From positions 53,074,001-53,138,000 of the forward strand of contig NC_045697.1 of the NCBI RefSeq assembly GCF_009834535.1: DNA of 64,000 nucleotides, given 5' to 3'. The notes beneath the pieces were generated by a model, which saw only the letters and a list, made by a program, of their open reading frames with translations, did no database searches and was not told the origin of the DNA. Numbering within the stretch: the first letter of the stretch is position 1; the number at the start of each line of letters is the position of its first letter. The DNA is from Camelus ferus (lineage: Eukaryota). This document shows positions 36,227 to 48,532 of this stretch, piece after piece. Both the position numbers and the translations under genes were made by a program.

Positions 36227-37383
36227 CTGTGGAGATAAAAACCAAACATCAAACAGATTTCTAAATTTTATCATTTAAAGTTCAAACATTAGTATATGTA
36301 CTTTTAACAATCATACGGTAATATATTTCCCTGAGAAAATAAATTAGATAAAGGAAAAAATAGAGAATATTCCTTCTCTTCTGGAAAAGTGGGCACTTGA
36401 TGAAGCCTAGAATAAGCAATAAATGCAAAAATGAGAAACAAACAAAAACTTCAATTGTTGAACTACAGGTTTCAGAGGAGGCCAAATTGCCTTGATTGCT
36501 TAATAGAAGAGATTCTATTTGGAAGTAGCTTCAAATGGAGGGAAATGCTCCATTGCAACTACCTGGAAAATTCTTTATTACTCCTGCTTTCAAGAATTCA
36601 GTGAGATTCCAGGCTCCGAACCATTAATTAATTGTATGACTATTTGTTGAGAAACAATTATATGCAACACACATTTTACGGGGCTAAGGGAAACAGATCT
36701 AAGGCCTGAATCCTTCCTTACAGGAGCCTGAAATTTAGTGGGAACTATAACCTCCCAAATTACAATAAAAGACAATACAATAAAAAGTCTGTGGGAAGTT
36801 GTGTAGAGTGTTGGTCAAGACAAATACTGGAGTCTGATTGCTGGAACCATTCCATCTGTTGCATGCTACCTGAGGTGCTTATTACAGCCTCTGCTACTTC
36901 ACTTCTGAAACGTTTCTAAAAATAATTCCTGTCTCAGATATAGGATTATATATAATCTGGAAGTGCTTAGACATGGTAAAGTATGGTGAGGACTCAATAT
37001 AAATGTGAGCTACTTTGTACTCTGTGATTACCAGGCATAACGGTTTGTGGATCTGACAGCAGGTCAAGAAATAATTGACAAATAGTGAAAAAATTTTAGA
37101 TGCAATAACAATTTGGAAGCAAAGTTTAGTTTTGGTGAAAGAGAAGATTAAGGATTGCTTTGTAGAAAAGATAGCATTTGAAATGAAGCTTAAATAGTAG
37201 AATTGAAATGGGGAAGAGAAATTCAAATTAGAATGTTGTAAGCGAATGAACAGTCAGGAAATAGGAGGCCTAGTCTTAGGACAGTCAGAAGACCAGTCTG
37301 TCTGGACCAGAAGTTTCAGGAAGTTGCAAGACTCGGCACTCCTGTAACTTTCAGTTACTTGCTTCTGTGTCTTTCTGCCATAT

Positions 37384-38344
37384 TGGGGTGTTAATAAGAG
37401 TCACGAGTAACCTAAACTATGAGAACATGGAAACTATGAGTAAAGAGATCAAGTCTCCCTAGGAAACATCAAACTTTTCGATCAACGCTATACAAACTAC
37501 CTTCTCTATTTCTACTGCAAGGCTGGTGAACGTTGCTGGAGAATCCCACAAATCCCTAAATATAAGAGATTATTCAGCTATAACAAAGAATGAAATGTTG
37601 CCATTTGCAGCGACATGGCTGGACCTAGAAATTATCACACTAAGTGAAGTAAGTCAGACAAATACTGTATGATATCACTTATATGTGGAATCTAAAAAGT
37701 AATACGACTGAACTTATTTACAAAACAGAAACAGACTCACAGAGATAGAAAACTAACCTATGGTTACCAAATGGTAAGGGTAAATTAGGAGTATAGGATT
37801 AACAGATTCATACCACTATATATAAAATACATTAACAACAAGCATTTACTGTATAGCACAAGGAACTATATTCAATATCTTGTAATAACCTATACTGGAA
37901 AAGAATCTGAAAAAAATATGTACAACTGACTCACTTTTGCACCCAAAACGAGCACAATATTATAAATCAACTATACTTCAATAAAAAAAAAATTCTAAGT
38001 CATTTCAGAAGGAGCCATAGCTATATTTTTTTCCACATGACTGATTTCTCTCTGGCTACTTTTATTTGGATTATTTCTGAATTATTGACCAAAGAGCTTC
38101 CAAAGTGCTTGCTGTCCAGGATCCTTTGACCTATGGCCAGATGAAGATCAATAACACAGGTTTATAAAATTATTTCTTTGTAACTTGAAATACAAAATAC
38201 TAAGATTTTCTAGTCAAATGGAAACTAAAATATGAATATTGCGAAGATAAAATGAGCCAAGTAGAAGCTGGGGTGTTAATAAGAGTCACGAGTAACCTAA
38301 ACTATGAGAACGTGGAAACTATGAGTAAAGAGATCAAGTCTCCC
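37384..38344 (+). repeat. 76-bp direct repeat pair (37384-37459 and 38269-38344)
   Basis: tggggtgttaataagagtcacgagtaacctaaactatgagaac[a/g]tggaaactatgagtaaagagatcaagtctccc occurs twice with one mismatch. Confidence 0.92.
37570..37992 (+). mobile_element. 5'-truncated L1 3' end
   Basis: 'tgccatttgcagcgacatggctggacctagaaattatcacactaagtgaagtaagtcagac' through 'ctatacttcaataaaaaaaaaa'. Confidence 0.85.
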
Positions 38345-41201
38345 GAGAGAGAGAACAGTGCAGAGATAAGCAGGTATGCCTTGAGAAGTGAGGACTGGAT
38401 CTTAGGACTGACTGAATTTGTTGTTCCAGTTCTAATTTACATTTATTCTTTTGTTGACTTCCCTTTTCTTGAGATATCTTGAGTGGTTCCCTGTTCTTTG
38501 CAACCAACAAGAAAGCCTGTAGCACCATCTAACCTCATCTCTTGCCATTCCCTTCTGCATTCTTGCTTCGACCATACAGACCTGTACTTGCTTTGACCGT
38601 ACAGACCATGTAGAACTATCAACATAGGGGGCTGTTTCTTGCCCCTGTGTCTTTGTATAGGCACTTCTAGCTGAGAATGCTTCACTCCCTCCCTAATGTC
38701 CAGCCACCGGTGAAGCTCATGTTTAAGTAGCTTCACGCCCACTCAATACTTTATGAAAATTTAAAAAATTATATGGCAAATATCTTTATACAATATATAA
38801 TCAACCAAATTTTTACTTTTGTGAAGGTTTCACTGGAGCCCAAAGCAAATTTCATCACTTTCTTCTCACAGAGATAGTAACTATTTGCTTTGATAATTCT
38901 CCCTCTCTTGTTTTAGTATCATGAGCTGTTTTATTGTTGTTGAAGAAAGTGATGGCATTTTCCTCAGCTTTGTATCTCCAGCATCTCAGTCAGTGCCCAA
39001 CATCTTTGTGGGAGTGAAGAGGAGATAAGTTAATGTTCTTACTCTTTTTACTTTAGCATTTTTATTATAATACTTATAACCACTTATAATATTGTATGAT
39101 AATTGTTTAGCTCCTCCTCCCCACCAAAGAAAACCCTTAAACAAAAAACAATTTCTCTATTTTGTTCATCTTTCTATCTCCAATTCCTGGTGCATTCTAA
39201 GCTCCAGTAAGTGTTTTTGAATTAATAGATGTGGATTCAAGTAAAATTCTGGGATCTAAGTCATGGTCAGTGTCATTAATGAAGGTGCCATATGGGAAAG
39301 GAGTCATTTAAGTTTTAATCATTTTGAATTTGAAAAGCCATGGAACTTTGTAAATACAGACTGAAATCTCAGAGCTGGGATTCTGTAATCTTTTAAACTA
39401 GAAGGAATTTGTCTTAAGTTGCATTAGTCTTGCAGTTCAGGCCTCTTGAGTAAAAATGTGCCATTAATTCATAAGATTGTTCAAGATTGATGCTTTGTAT
39501 AAGGTTCCTTAGAAGTTGCCTATTCTTAGTATGAAACAGAGGGTTGTAAGGAAGGGGAACAAAGACAGCATTTTCTCTATTACTGTCTCTGAAAAGCACT
39601 CTAGTATACTAAGTTGTGGTTTGTTGCATCCAGCTCTCCCAAATGTACTTGTCCATGGAACTTCCTGTATCTTCAAACTGTTAACATTTTTGAAAAGTGT
39701 GAGCTAAAGTTTATTAATGTGGCCAGGGAAGTCACATTTGTCACAGTGTTTGGGGGAGTGCTTCAAAAAAGGGGCTTATTCTAGCATGATAAATTTGATA
39801 ATCAATTATACTAATTGATTTAAGACTTTCATTTGGTGTACTGATTTCAATTAAATTTACTTAAAAAACTCTCTTTATATACCTCCTGTAACTAAAGCAG
39901 AATAGCATAAGAAGTTAATTTCAAGAAAATCTATTTGAGTAATCTCAAATTTCAGCATGCATGAGTCCCCTGGATAGCAGGTTCCCAAGCTTCAAAACAA
40001 GAAGTTCTTTTTTATTCTCAGGCCTAGGGGAGAGCCTGAAATATACATTCTTAATAGTTGAATCAGATGTTTCTGATACAGATATCCCGTGGAATGAAAC
40101 ATTGTTCGACTTCATATTCTAGATAAGAACCTGAGTTTAGTGAAAATAAACCACTTATCCAAGAATATTTATACAAATATCATTAAATGTACCAGAATTA
40201 TAATTCTACTTTATCTCCTTGTATTATTGCTGGAGTCTATTGACATATATTTGTTCATTGTATAATGGAAACTGGTTCCTCAATAGTTTATCTCAGGTAA
40301 ATATAAGAAATGAGAACCTAACCTATTAGGACCCCAGTTCTGAATTCAACGTTGGTACTTTTTGTGCCATCCAGCACTAGGCTCAGCACACAGTGGACTG
40401 CCAGTAATTATTCAGATGTAAAACATATTCTGAGCTCTCTCTCTTCTCCCTAACTCTCACCCCAGCACCAACATACACTAAGGTAACTATACTTTTTATG
40501 GGGTTTGTGTTACTCCATTGATGTTTATGGCTATGGAATTTATTACTTGTTTCTTTGCATTGGATCTTCTGTACAGCCTATCCAAATGTTTCTCAGAAGT
40601 TTGAATTAACATAAGTGTTTCCTGAGTGAATGACCTGTCTTTTTATGCCATTTTTTCTTATGACAAGCAGAGTAAAAAGTAAAGCAGAACTTTACTCCAC
40701 AGCCAATTAATAGAAATATTTTAGCCCTAGCCAATGTGTTTTTAGACATTAGAAAGACTTTCTAATTTTAAAGTCTTTATAATACATTTATAATGCATTG
40801 GTGCATTATGTTGTCTTTTTAGAAAACTCGTCTTGAAGCCTCAACTTTCCATTTCCCATTTCCTATATCCTTAAAACACTTAGTAAGCTTACATTATATT
40901 TTTCTGATGATTTGATTGTAGTTCTTTTGAAAAAGAGAAAAGAGAAGAGATGTTTTCCAGATCAGACATAGCTCTCCCAGATTCCACCTGCCCTCTGTTT
41001 TTCAGGCCTAAGACCTCTGTCTAGTTGAAGAGTCATATGTAAAAGAGAAAGAAGAAGGGGAGTAAGAACAAGTCTATAATGATTGACATTTAGATACTAT
41101 ATTGTTCTGTAAAGAATGATGACAAATAGGTTTCAAAATTTTGTTTGAAATTATAATTAGTAAGAAATATATCAAGAATATTTAAGACTAGGGAAACTTA
41201 C

Positions 41202-41255
41202 CGTAAAATGTGCAACAAGAGCCAATAGGCTGAAGATGAAAGTTAATTTTTTCAT
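41202..41255 (-). CDS. OPRPN: Signal-peptide exon of the PROL1/OPRPN-like gene (MKKLTFIFSLLALVAHFT); whole exon 41202-41270
   Basis: Acceptor ttgctttcag|AGA, ATG at 41255, donor ACG|gtaagt; 54 nt, phase 0. Human PROL1 signal is MKLTFFLGLLALISCFT. Confidence 0.9.
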
Positions 41256-42409
41256 CCTTTAGTCTTGTCTCTGAAAGCAAGCCAATGATTGTCCATGGTT
41301 AGTCAAATTGATCAACGTTATTATTTTTAAAATTTCAAATAAAAAATTTGAAAGGATTCTAGTACATATTATGTGATATGACAAAGAAATAGTACTACCA
41401 CCTTCAAAGATGTGCTTGAAATTTTGAGGAAAGGAAGCAGCTTATATACACAGCAATATTGTTATGTTTGTGATATGTTATAACAAAATGACAGGACTTG
41501 TTATTTTCATTCACATCTAATGAAAGATAAGTCCTAGATAATTTTTCAAATACATTTTGAAAATAAGAATATTTTTGGAAAATCCTTCTTGCCTCTAGCA
41601 GTGACTGCTTTGGAGAGACATACTTATTTGAGTGTGCTTTTGGTATTAGTACAGATTTCTGTAGATACATGACCAGGATAGTGTCAATGTGACCAGATTG
41701 TTGTCAAAAATAACTTCTTAGTGTAATTATCTTTTTTAAAAACGTAATTCCTCTGTTAGATTTATCTGAAGGTAAAATATTTGTGCGATGTGTACCTTTT
41801 TTTAAACAACACTCTAGAAGGTATTATTGCCTTGATATTCTTTTTCCCCACAAGACATTCCCAAAAGCCAATTGTTGTCCATCAGTGTCTGAATTAGGAA
41901 AAAAGAGGTTTTGTCCTTAATCTGACTATGGTTATCAGCAATATATCACAAGTACATGGCAAATCCAATCACACCATGATGACAGATTGCCTTGGGGTCA
42001 TAGGGGTGTCCATCATCTATACTAGCCTTGAAAATGACACAGGAAGAGAGGTCCATGGATTCTACAGTTGTATGTTCATGAGGTCACCACCTTAAAATTA
42101 CTTTTTTCTAATATGTTCTCTTTACAGGCAATTTAAAAATACATTAAAAACTCAACTCATACAAAAACAACAGAAATGCAAATCTTTGTGTTTGAGTCTC
42201 TTCTATTCATGATTGGCTTTAGAGACCATTAAAACATATCACTAAAAAAGTCAATAGATTGGATGTAAATTGGATGTAAATTGTGCAACCAGTCAACATG
42301 ATGTTCTTGACACAGTCTTTCAGAAATTTTGAAGACCTGGTTAGCTTTACCACTGCCAATGCTTTTTTCTTAAAACACATCTGAGTTTTTTAGGTAGCTT
42401 GAATCTTTA

Positions 42410-42900
42410 CATTTTTTTAAGCTTTATTGAGATATAACTGACAAAGTCATAAAGTGTATAACATTATTATTTGATATATGTTACATTGTGAAAGGATTTC
42501 CCTCACTGAGTTAATACGTCCATCACCTTACCTATATATATATATTTAGTGAGAACATTTAAGTTCTACTCTCAGCAAATTTCAATTATACAATCAGTAT
42601 TATCAACTATAGTCATTGTGTTATATGTTAGATCCTCAGACTTTATCTTATAACAAAAAGTTTGTTCCCTTTTACCAACCTCTCCCATTTCACCCCCACT
42701 CCCCAGCCCCTGTTTCTACTCTCTGTTTCTATGGGTTTGGCTTTTTAAAAATTTTAGATTTCACTTATAAGTGATACCATATAGTATTTGTCTTTTTGTT
42801 TTTGGCTTATTTTATATAGCACAATGCCCTCCAGTTTTATCCATGATGTTGCAAATAACAGTATTTCCTTCTTTTTAAAGGCTGAATAATATTCCATTTA
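42410..42900 (-). mobile_element. L1 3'-end fragment in intron 1 of the PROL1-like gene
   Basis: 'ctttattgagatataactgaca...gtgataccatatagtatttgtcttt...ggctgaataatattccatt'. Confidence 0.8.
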
Positions 42901-43051
42901 TATATGTGTGTGTATCTCTCTCTCTGTATGTATATATATATATACACACGTACACATACCACACCGTGAGAATGATGTGATTGAGAATATGAGCAAAAGT
43001 TAGAATTCCAAAGTCAAAATACTGACATATATATTTCTGAGTACCACTTAC

Positions 43052-43158
43052 CTTGACAGGAGATTCTTCTTTGGAACAACCAGAATGTTGTTTAATCTTA
43101 CTTTTGCCAGATACTCAGTTTAGATAGTCACAATTTGAAAACTCGAGAAGAAAAAGAA
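43052..43158 (-). other. OPRPN: Non-coding exon 1 of the PROL1/OPRPN-like gene (5' end approximate)
   Basis: Donor CAAG|gtaagt at 43052. The sequence gagtatctggcaaaagtaagattaa...gttccaaagaagaatct matches my recollection of the human PROL1 5' UTR. Confidence 0.75.
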
Positions 43159-43180
43159 CTTCCACAGAAAAATCTCTCTT

Positions 43181-43188
43181 CTTAAATA
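43181..43188 (-). promoter_or_regulatory. TATA-like box (TATTTAAG) of the PROL1-like gene
   Basis: Positioned upstream of the exon 1 candidate in the same geometry as the MUC7 and SMR3 TATA boxes. Confidence 0.55.
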
Positions 43189-43367
43189 CCTCTGTCTGGA
43201 TTTCTATTGGAGTTAAGAGAAAGCTTGAGGGAAGGTAAGCTGTGTTGATTTTCTTTACCTAAACAAAGAAATGACAGTTGCAGTTGCCAGCTTGGCAGCT
43301 TCATCCATAGAACTGTGATCCAATCTCTGCCTAGCAGGCCTTGGGGAAGCATGCTGAATGCTCTAAT

Positions 43368-43548
43368 ACAGTGGTTTTCAAGCTTGACTGCACATTAAAA
43401 TTACCTGGGGAGCTTTTAAAAAATCCTCTATTCTCAGAGCTTACCCTAGACCAATTTATCAGAACTATAGAGCAGGAAGACAGGCAAAAGTATTATTAAA
43501 TCTCCCCTGAAGTGATTATAAAGTGAAAACTTGTTTGAGAACCTCTGC
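43368..43548. mobile_element. MER5-like hAT-Charlie MITE just upstream of the PROL1-like promoter
   Basis: Ends cagtggttttcaa ... tttgagaacctctg, with internal 'attacctggggagcttttaaaaaat'. Confidence 0.65.
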
Positions 43549-43921
43549 TTTAAAATGGTGTGGATTCTGGAGTTTTCACATGTCTAGATATGTGTATCAG
43601 AACTGACATGTATACAGTAAGAGTTGACTTATTTGGGAAGAAGGATTTTGAAGAATGGGAAAAGGAAGCAGTTGAAATAAATGTCTTATCTCAATTTTGG
43701 AAGTAAGAGGAAAGATCCTTTAGTGGGAGATGGAGAATTAGGAAGCAGAGTCTTTATAATTTCTTAATCTTAATTTTATATTTCTTTCCTAGATTTGTAA
43801 TTTTATTTATAGGTGCTGTAAACAGACATTTGGGCTACTTAAAATATTAGACAGATGGAAATTGCTTAATACATTTTTTTTCTGTAACTTATGAATAGCT
43901 AGATTACTTAAAGAGTAAGAA

Positions 43922-44315
43922 AATCACTCATACGTGGAATCTGAAAAAAAAATGAGACAAATGAACTTATTTACAAAATAGAAACAGACTCACAGATGTA
44001 GAAAATAAACTTGTGGTTACCAATGGGGAAAGGCAGGGTGAAGGGATAAACTGGGAGTTTGGGATATGTAGATGCTAACTACTGTATATAAAATAGATAA
44101 ATGGCAAGGTCTGTAGCACAGGGAACTATATTTAATACCCTGTAATAGCCTATAATGAAAAAGAATATGAGAAGGAATGTGTGTGTGTGTTTGTGTATAT
44201 ATATATATATATATATGTGTATATATATATATATATAAATATATAAAATGGAATCAGGATGCTGTATACCAGAAATTAACACAGCATTGTAAACTGACTA
44301 TACTTCAATTAAAAA
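43922..44315 (+). mobile_element. L1 3' end with internal (TG)n(TA)n microsatellite
   Basis: 'cactcatacgtggaatctgaaaaaa...gaaacagactcacaga...ctatacttcaattaaaaa'; microsatellite at about 44177-44243. Confidence 0.8.
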
Positions 44316-46159
44316 GAACCCCCAAAAATGCTCCAAGATATATTGGGTTCTGTAATTTTATCAACATTATTTGAACAATATGAATAGATACAATATACAC
44401 TAGCCCAGCAAAGATGGCAGGTACAGGAAAATAACATAATCTATTATGAATTTATGGCAAATAGATATAATAAATCAGACAATTTTATGTTTAAGATGAA
44501 TCCAGGTACTGAGAGTTTTATCCATATGACATAACCTTTTTTTTCAGTTGAGAAAAAATTATCCTGTAAGATGTTATACTTTATTCCCTAATAGCTATGA
44601 TTTATTGAGTCTTTGCCACATCCTGGATTGTGTTCTAAACACTTCATGTGGATTAGCTCATTTAATCCTCACAATAATCCCTTGCAATTTATGTTATTAT
44701 TGCCAGATTACTGATTGGAAAATGAATCATAAGGAAGTCAAGTAACTTGTTCAAATTTTTCCTGAATATTTAAGATAAGAATTGACCTTAAATTTGACAC
44801 ATTTTAGAGCTTGAATTTTTCCCACTGTGCTATTTTGTCCCCCAAATCCAACTTATATACAACCACTTAACTAATTAACATACTTTTTAAAAATAACAGC
44901 ACTTACTGAAGTGTGGATGCTACTCATTGTAATCTGTGATATCGATCTAGAGAGTGGGAAACAGAATTTACAGAATGGATAGAGCAGAATAGAGAAGAAA
45001 ATATCAGATGGCATTACATATATTTTCTTATGAAACATTTTATGATTATATGGGGGGCATATACTGAATTATTTTGAAAATTATATGTTTTTGAGTTGTA
45101 GTTGAAAAATATGAAAACCTTTTGTTATACTGTAGTTTAGTGGTGTGTGTGGGATAAAGCCAGGTTGAAATTCCAACTCCCCTCCTGTATTTAGCTGTGT
45201 GTTTTATTGGCCAGCTACCTAATAACGTGTATCTCAACGTTGTCACCTACAAAATAAATACTACTAATCTGCTTTATAGAATTTGTTTTGAAGATTAAAT
45301 AAAATGGACATACAAAAATCTGGCCCATGTGATTAGCAAATGTTAGTCTTTTGACAGGAATATCTTCCTTACTTCATTCAATTTTTAAAATACCCTGGAA
45401 TGATGAGTCTCTCGTAATTGAGAGGTAATGCATATTTAATTTTTAAAGGTGATTTAATTTAAAAGGTGATTTTGGTGCTGATGGGGGAACTGAGTTGAAA
45501 TTGATCTTAAACTACCAAGTTTTCTTTGCCTAGTCATACCTTTGCTAGTGATTTCATATACTTGACAACTAGAACTCATGCACAATTTATTAGTTTGCTA
45601 ATTGTTTTTGACACAATTCTATTGCTATACATTTATATGAGCCAGCAGATCTTCAAAGTTAATGCTGAATACCTCCTGAATTGTTACCTTCTCTAGTCAC
45701 ATACTGACTTTGTGAAAAAGATAACTTTTCTTTCTCCTTGGTGCTGTGAGTTGTTTTGATGCCAAGATAATTTTCAGCCAAGTGTTTTAAATACAAGGTG
45801 TAATTTCTAGTTGTAATAAAACATTGGCTGTGAAGGATTTAGAATGATCATTGTAAAATGAAACAATTTCTGCTTGAGTTGTATTAAACAAAGCATTAGT
45901 GTCCGAAGCAGGCGGAAGCACACTTCTTTTAAAAACAAAAACTCTTACTCAAGTGAAATTTTAACTAAACTTGACTTTAAGAGATCTTGATGACCTACTT
46001 TCTAAAACAATACCTAAAGCAGCAATTGTCTCTTTTCATACGAAATCCAGATTGCAGGTGGAGACTCACTGTTGACAGATAAATAAAATTATTTGACAGA
46101 TTAATTTTTTTCTAAAGAAATCTGTATTTAGCACAATTAAAGTCAGTGATTTATGTTTA

Positions 46160-47985
46160 CTCCCATGTTATAACAGCCCTTTTCTTCCTTTCAGTTTTTG
46201 CCCTATATGCTTAGATGCTTTGTTTTAAAACAAATTTTATTTATTTATTGAAGTTTTTAAAAATTAAAGCATACTTGATTTACAATGTCATGTTAGTTTT
46301 GGGTGTACAGCAAAATGATTCAAATATATATGTATATACATATTCTTTTCCATTAAATATATTAAAGAATATATATATTCTTTTCCATTAAAGGTTATTA
46401 TTACAAGATGTTGATTATAGTTCCCTATGCTATACAGTAGGTCATTGTTGTTTATCTATCTGATATATAGTAGTGTATATATGTTAATCAAATAATAATA
46501 ATAGGTCAAATCTAAAATTGTTAACTTATTGTTGAATTCATCCTTTTGTATTAAGCAATGTGATTTCTTATTTCTAGTAACACTTGTCTTTAAATCTATT
46601 TTGTCTGCTATTAGTATAGTTACAGCATCTTCCTTTTGGATAGTGCTTTTAGCATAATACACTTTTTTTCCATTTTCCCCCTTCCCTAATCATTCAGTAT
46701 CTTAATGTTTAAAGAAAATCTCTTGTAGACAGTATATAATTTTTAAAAATTAGGTCTGACAATCTTTGTCTTTTAATTAGATAATCTAGTTTGCTTATAT
46801 TAAGTGTTAATGTCTTTGTGTTTAAATTTATCATTTTACTATTTTTCCTATGTCTCCTATTTGTTATGTTTTTTCTTTTTCTTGTCTTCTTTAGGATTTA
46901 TTAGGTTTTTAATTTTTTATTTTTAAAAAAATTTAAATTTTTTATTATTATTGCCTTATTCAGTTGCCTTTTTTAAAATTGAAGTATAGTCAGTTACGAT
47001 GTGTCAGTTTCTGGTGTACAGCATAATGTCCTAGTCATGCATATATATACATATATTCATTTTCATTAAAGGTTATTACAAGATATTGAATATAGTTCCC
47101 TGTGCTATACAGAAGAAATTTGTTTTTATCTATTTTTATATATAGTGGTTAACCTCTGCAAATCTCAAACTTCCAAATTTACCCCTTTCCTACCCCCTTT
47201 CCCCCAGTAACCAGAAGATTGTTTACTATATCTGCACATCTGTTTCTGTTTTGTACATGAGTTCTTTTTTCTTTTCTAGATTTCACATATGAGTGATATA
47301 GTATGGTATTTTTCTTTCTCTTTCTGGCTCATTTCACTTAGAATGACAATCTCTAGGTCTATCCATGCTGCTGCAAATGACATTATTTTATTCTTTTTAT
47401 CTCTGAGTATTATTCCATTGTATAAATATACCACAAGTAAGTTGTTCTTATTTCATTTCTCTTCTATTCATTTGTTAGCAATACATTCTCTTATTATTAT
47501 TTTAGTGGTTATCCTAGAGATTAAAATATGCCTCATTCGTATATTAAAATTTGTCTTAAGTTAGTACTTTTATTACTTTCCAGGCAGTGTGAGACTGTTA
47601 CAATAATTTAACTCAATTTACTAACTTTCAACTTTTATACTGTTATAAATGAATTCTAGTTCTCCATATATTAAAATGCAGAAGACATCTCTAGTATTTA
47701 AAAAATAGTCATTATTTATTTAGATGAACCTAAATGATTATTTTTTCCAGTTCTTCTTTTTTCCTGCATTTCATATTTCCATCCACGATCATATTCCTTC
47801 TGCTTGAGTATTTCTCTTTAGAATTTCTTTTATTGTGAGTCAACTGTTGACACATTCTCTTAGGGTTTTTCTGTCTGAAAATCTCTTTATTTTTGAAAGA
47901 TACTTTTATTGGATGTATAATCCTAGGTTTCCAGTTACTTACTTTTATCATTTAAAAAATGTCATTCTATGTTTTTTGCACAATG
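46160..47985 (-). mobile_element. Old L1 (ORF1 C-terminus to ORF2 endonuclease) interrupted by two younger L1 3' ends (~46240-46490, ~46970-47432)
   Basis: ORF 47730-47951 (WKPRIIHPIKVSFKN...) resembles the ORF1 C-terminus. ORF 46456-46662 (AVTILIADKIDLK) resembles the ORF2 endonuclease. The inserts start 'ttgaagtatagtcagttac' and 'ttaaagcatacttgatttacaatg'. Confidence 0.7.
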
Positions 47986-47989
47986 CTTT

Positions 47990-48528
47990 TTGGGGCTTTT
48001 TGGATTTTGGTGGGAACATATACCACATTTGAGTGAGCTATCCATGATCTCAGTAACATACTGAGCTGCCAGTTCTGAGTAGGGGTCAAAGCAGCAAGAG
48101 GCCCTAAAGCACATCAAGTGTACTGTACTAGCTACTCTTCAGAATGGGCTTTTTAAGACTCAGCAGATCTGATGATAAGGTTTATGTGGCAACTGGGTAT
48201 ATACTGTATGGATCCTCTAGCAAGTAACAGTAGGAGAACTGCAGCAAGACTTTCAGTTTGGAAGAAAATTCCATTCCTTCTTCAAATAACCAATACCTTT
48301 TTGATAAACATCTCCTGGACACCTGATGTTAGTTGTTTAAATTGTACTCCACCCATCAGAGAGGAAAGAGACTTGTCTGCACTGGAATAGACACATCCCC
48401 TAGATATGGATTTGCCTTTCTATCCATAATATTTCTCCTGTAAACACAGGCTATGCACTTAAAGAATGCTATATTTGCTAATGATAATCTACCACAACAT
48501 CTTTCTGATGAAGAAACTCATTTCTCTG
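47990..48528 (+). mobile_element. ERVL pol/integrase relic
   Basis: Reads TGIDTSPRYGFAF ... SDEETHF, matching the ERVL integrase pattern TGIDTYSGYGFAF...SDQGTHF. Confidence 0.65.
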
Positions 48529-48532
48529 TCAG

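Noticed and set aside
34720..36252. Long overlapping ORFs in the alternative frames of the 39-bp array (510, 448, 432, 215, 211 aa)
   Set aside because: A stop-free unit whose length is a multiple of 3 stays open in every frame. Only the GTKGRLPRPPSPP frame joins the signal exon in phase and has PROL1-like sequence.
36227..36274. ORF-track start MIKFRNLFDVWFLSPQ (likewise 1660-1698 for MUC7)
   Set aside because: Intronic polypyrimidine tract and acceptor read in frame. The real starts are in the upstream 54-nt exons.
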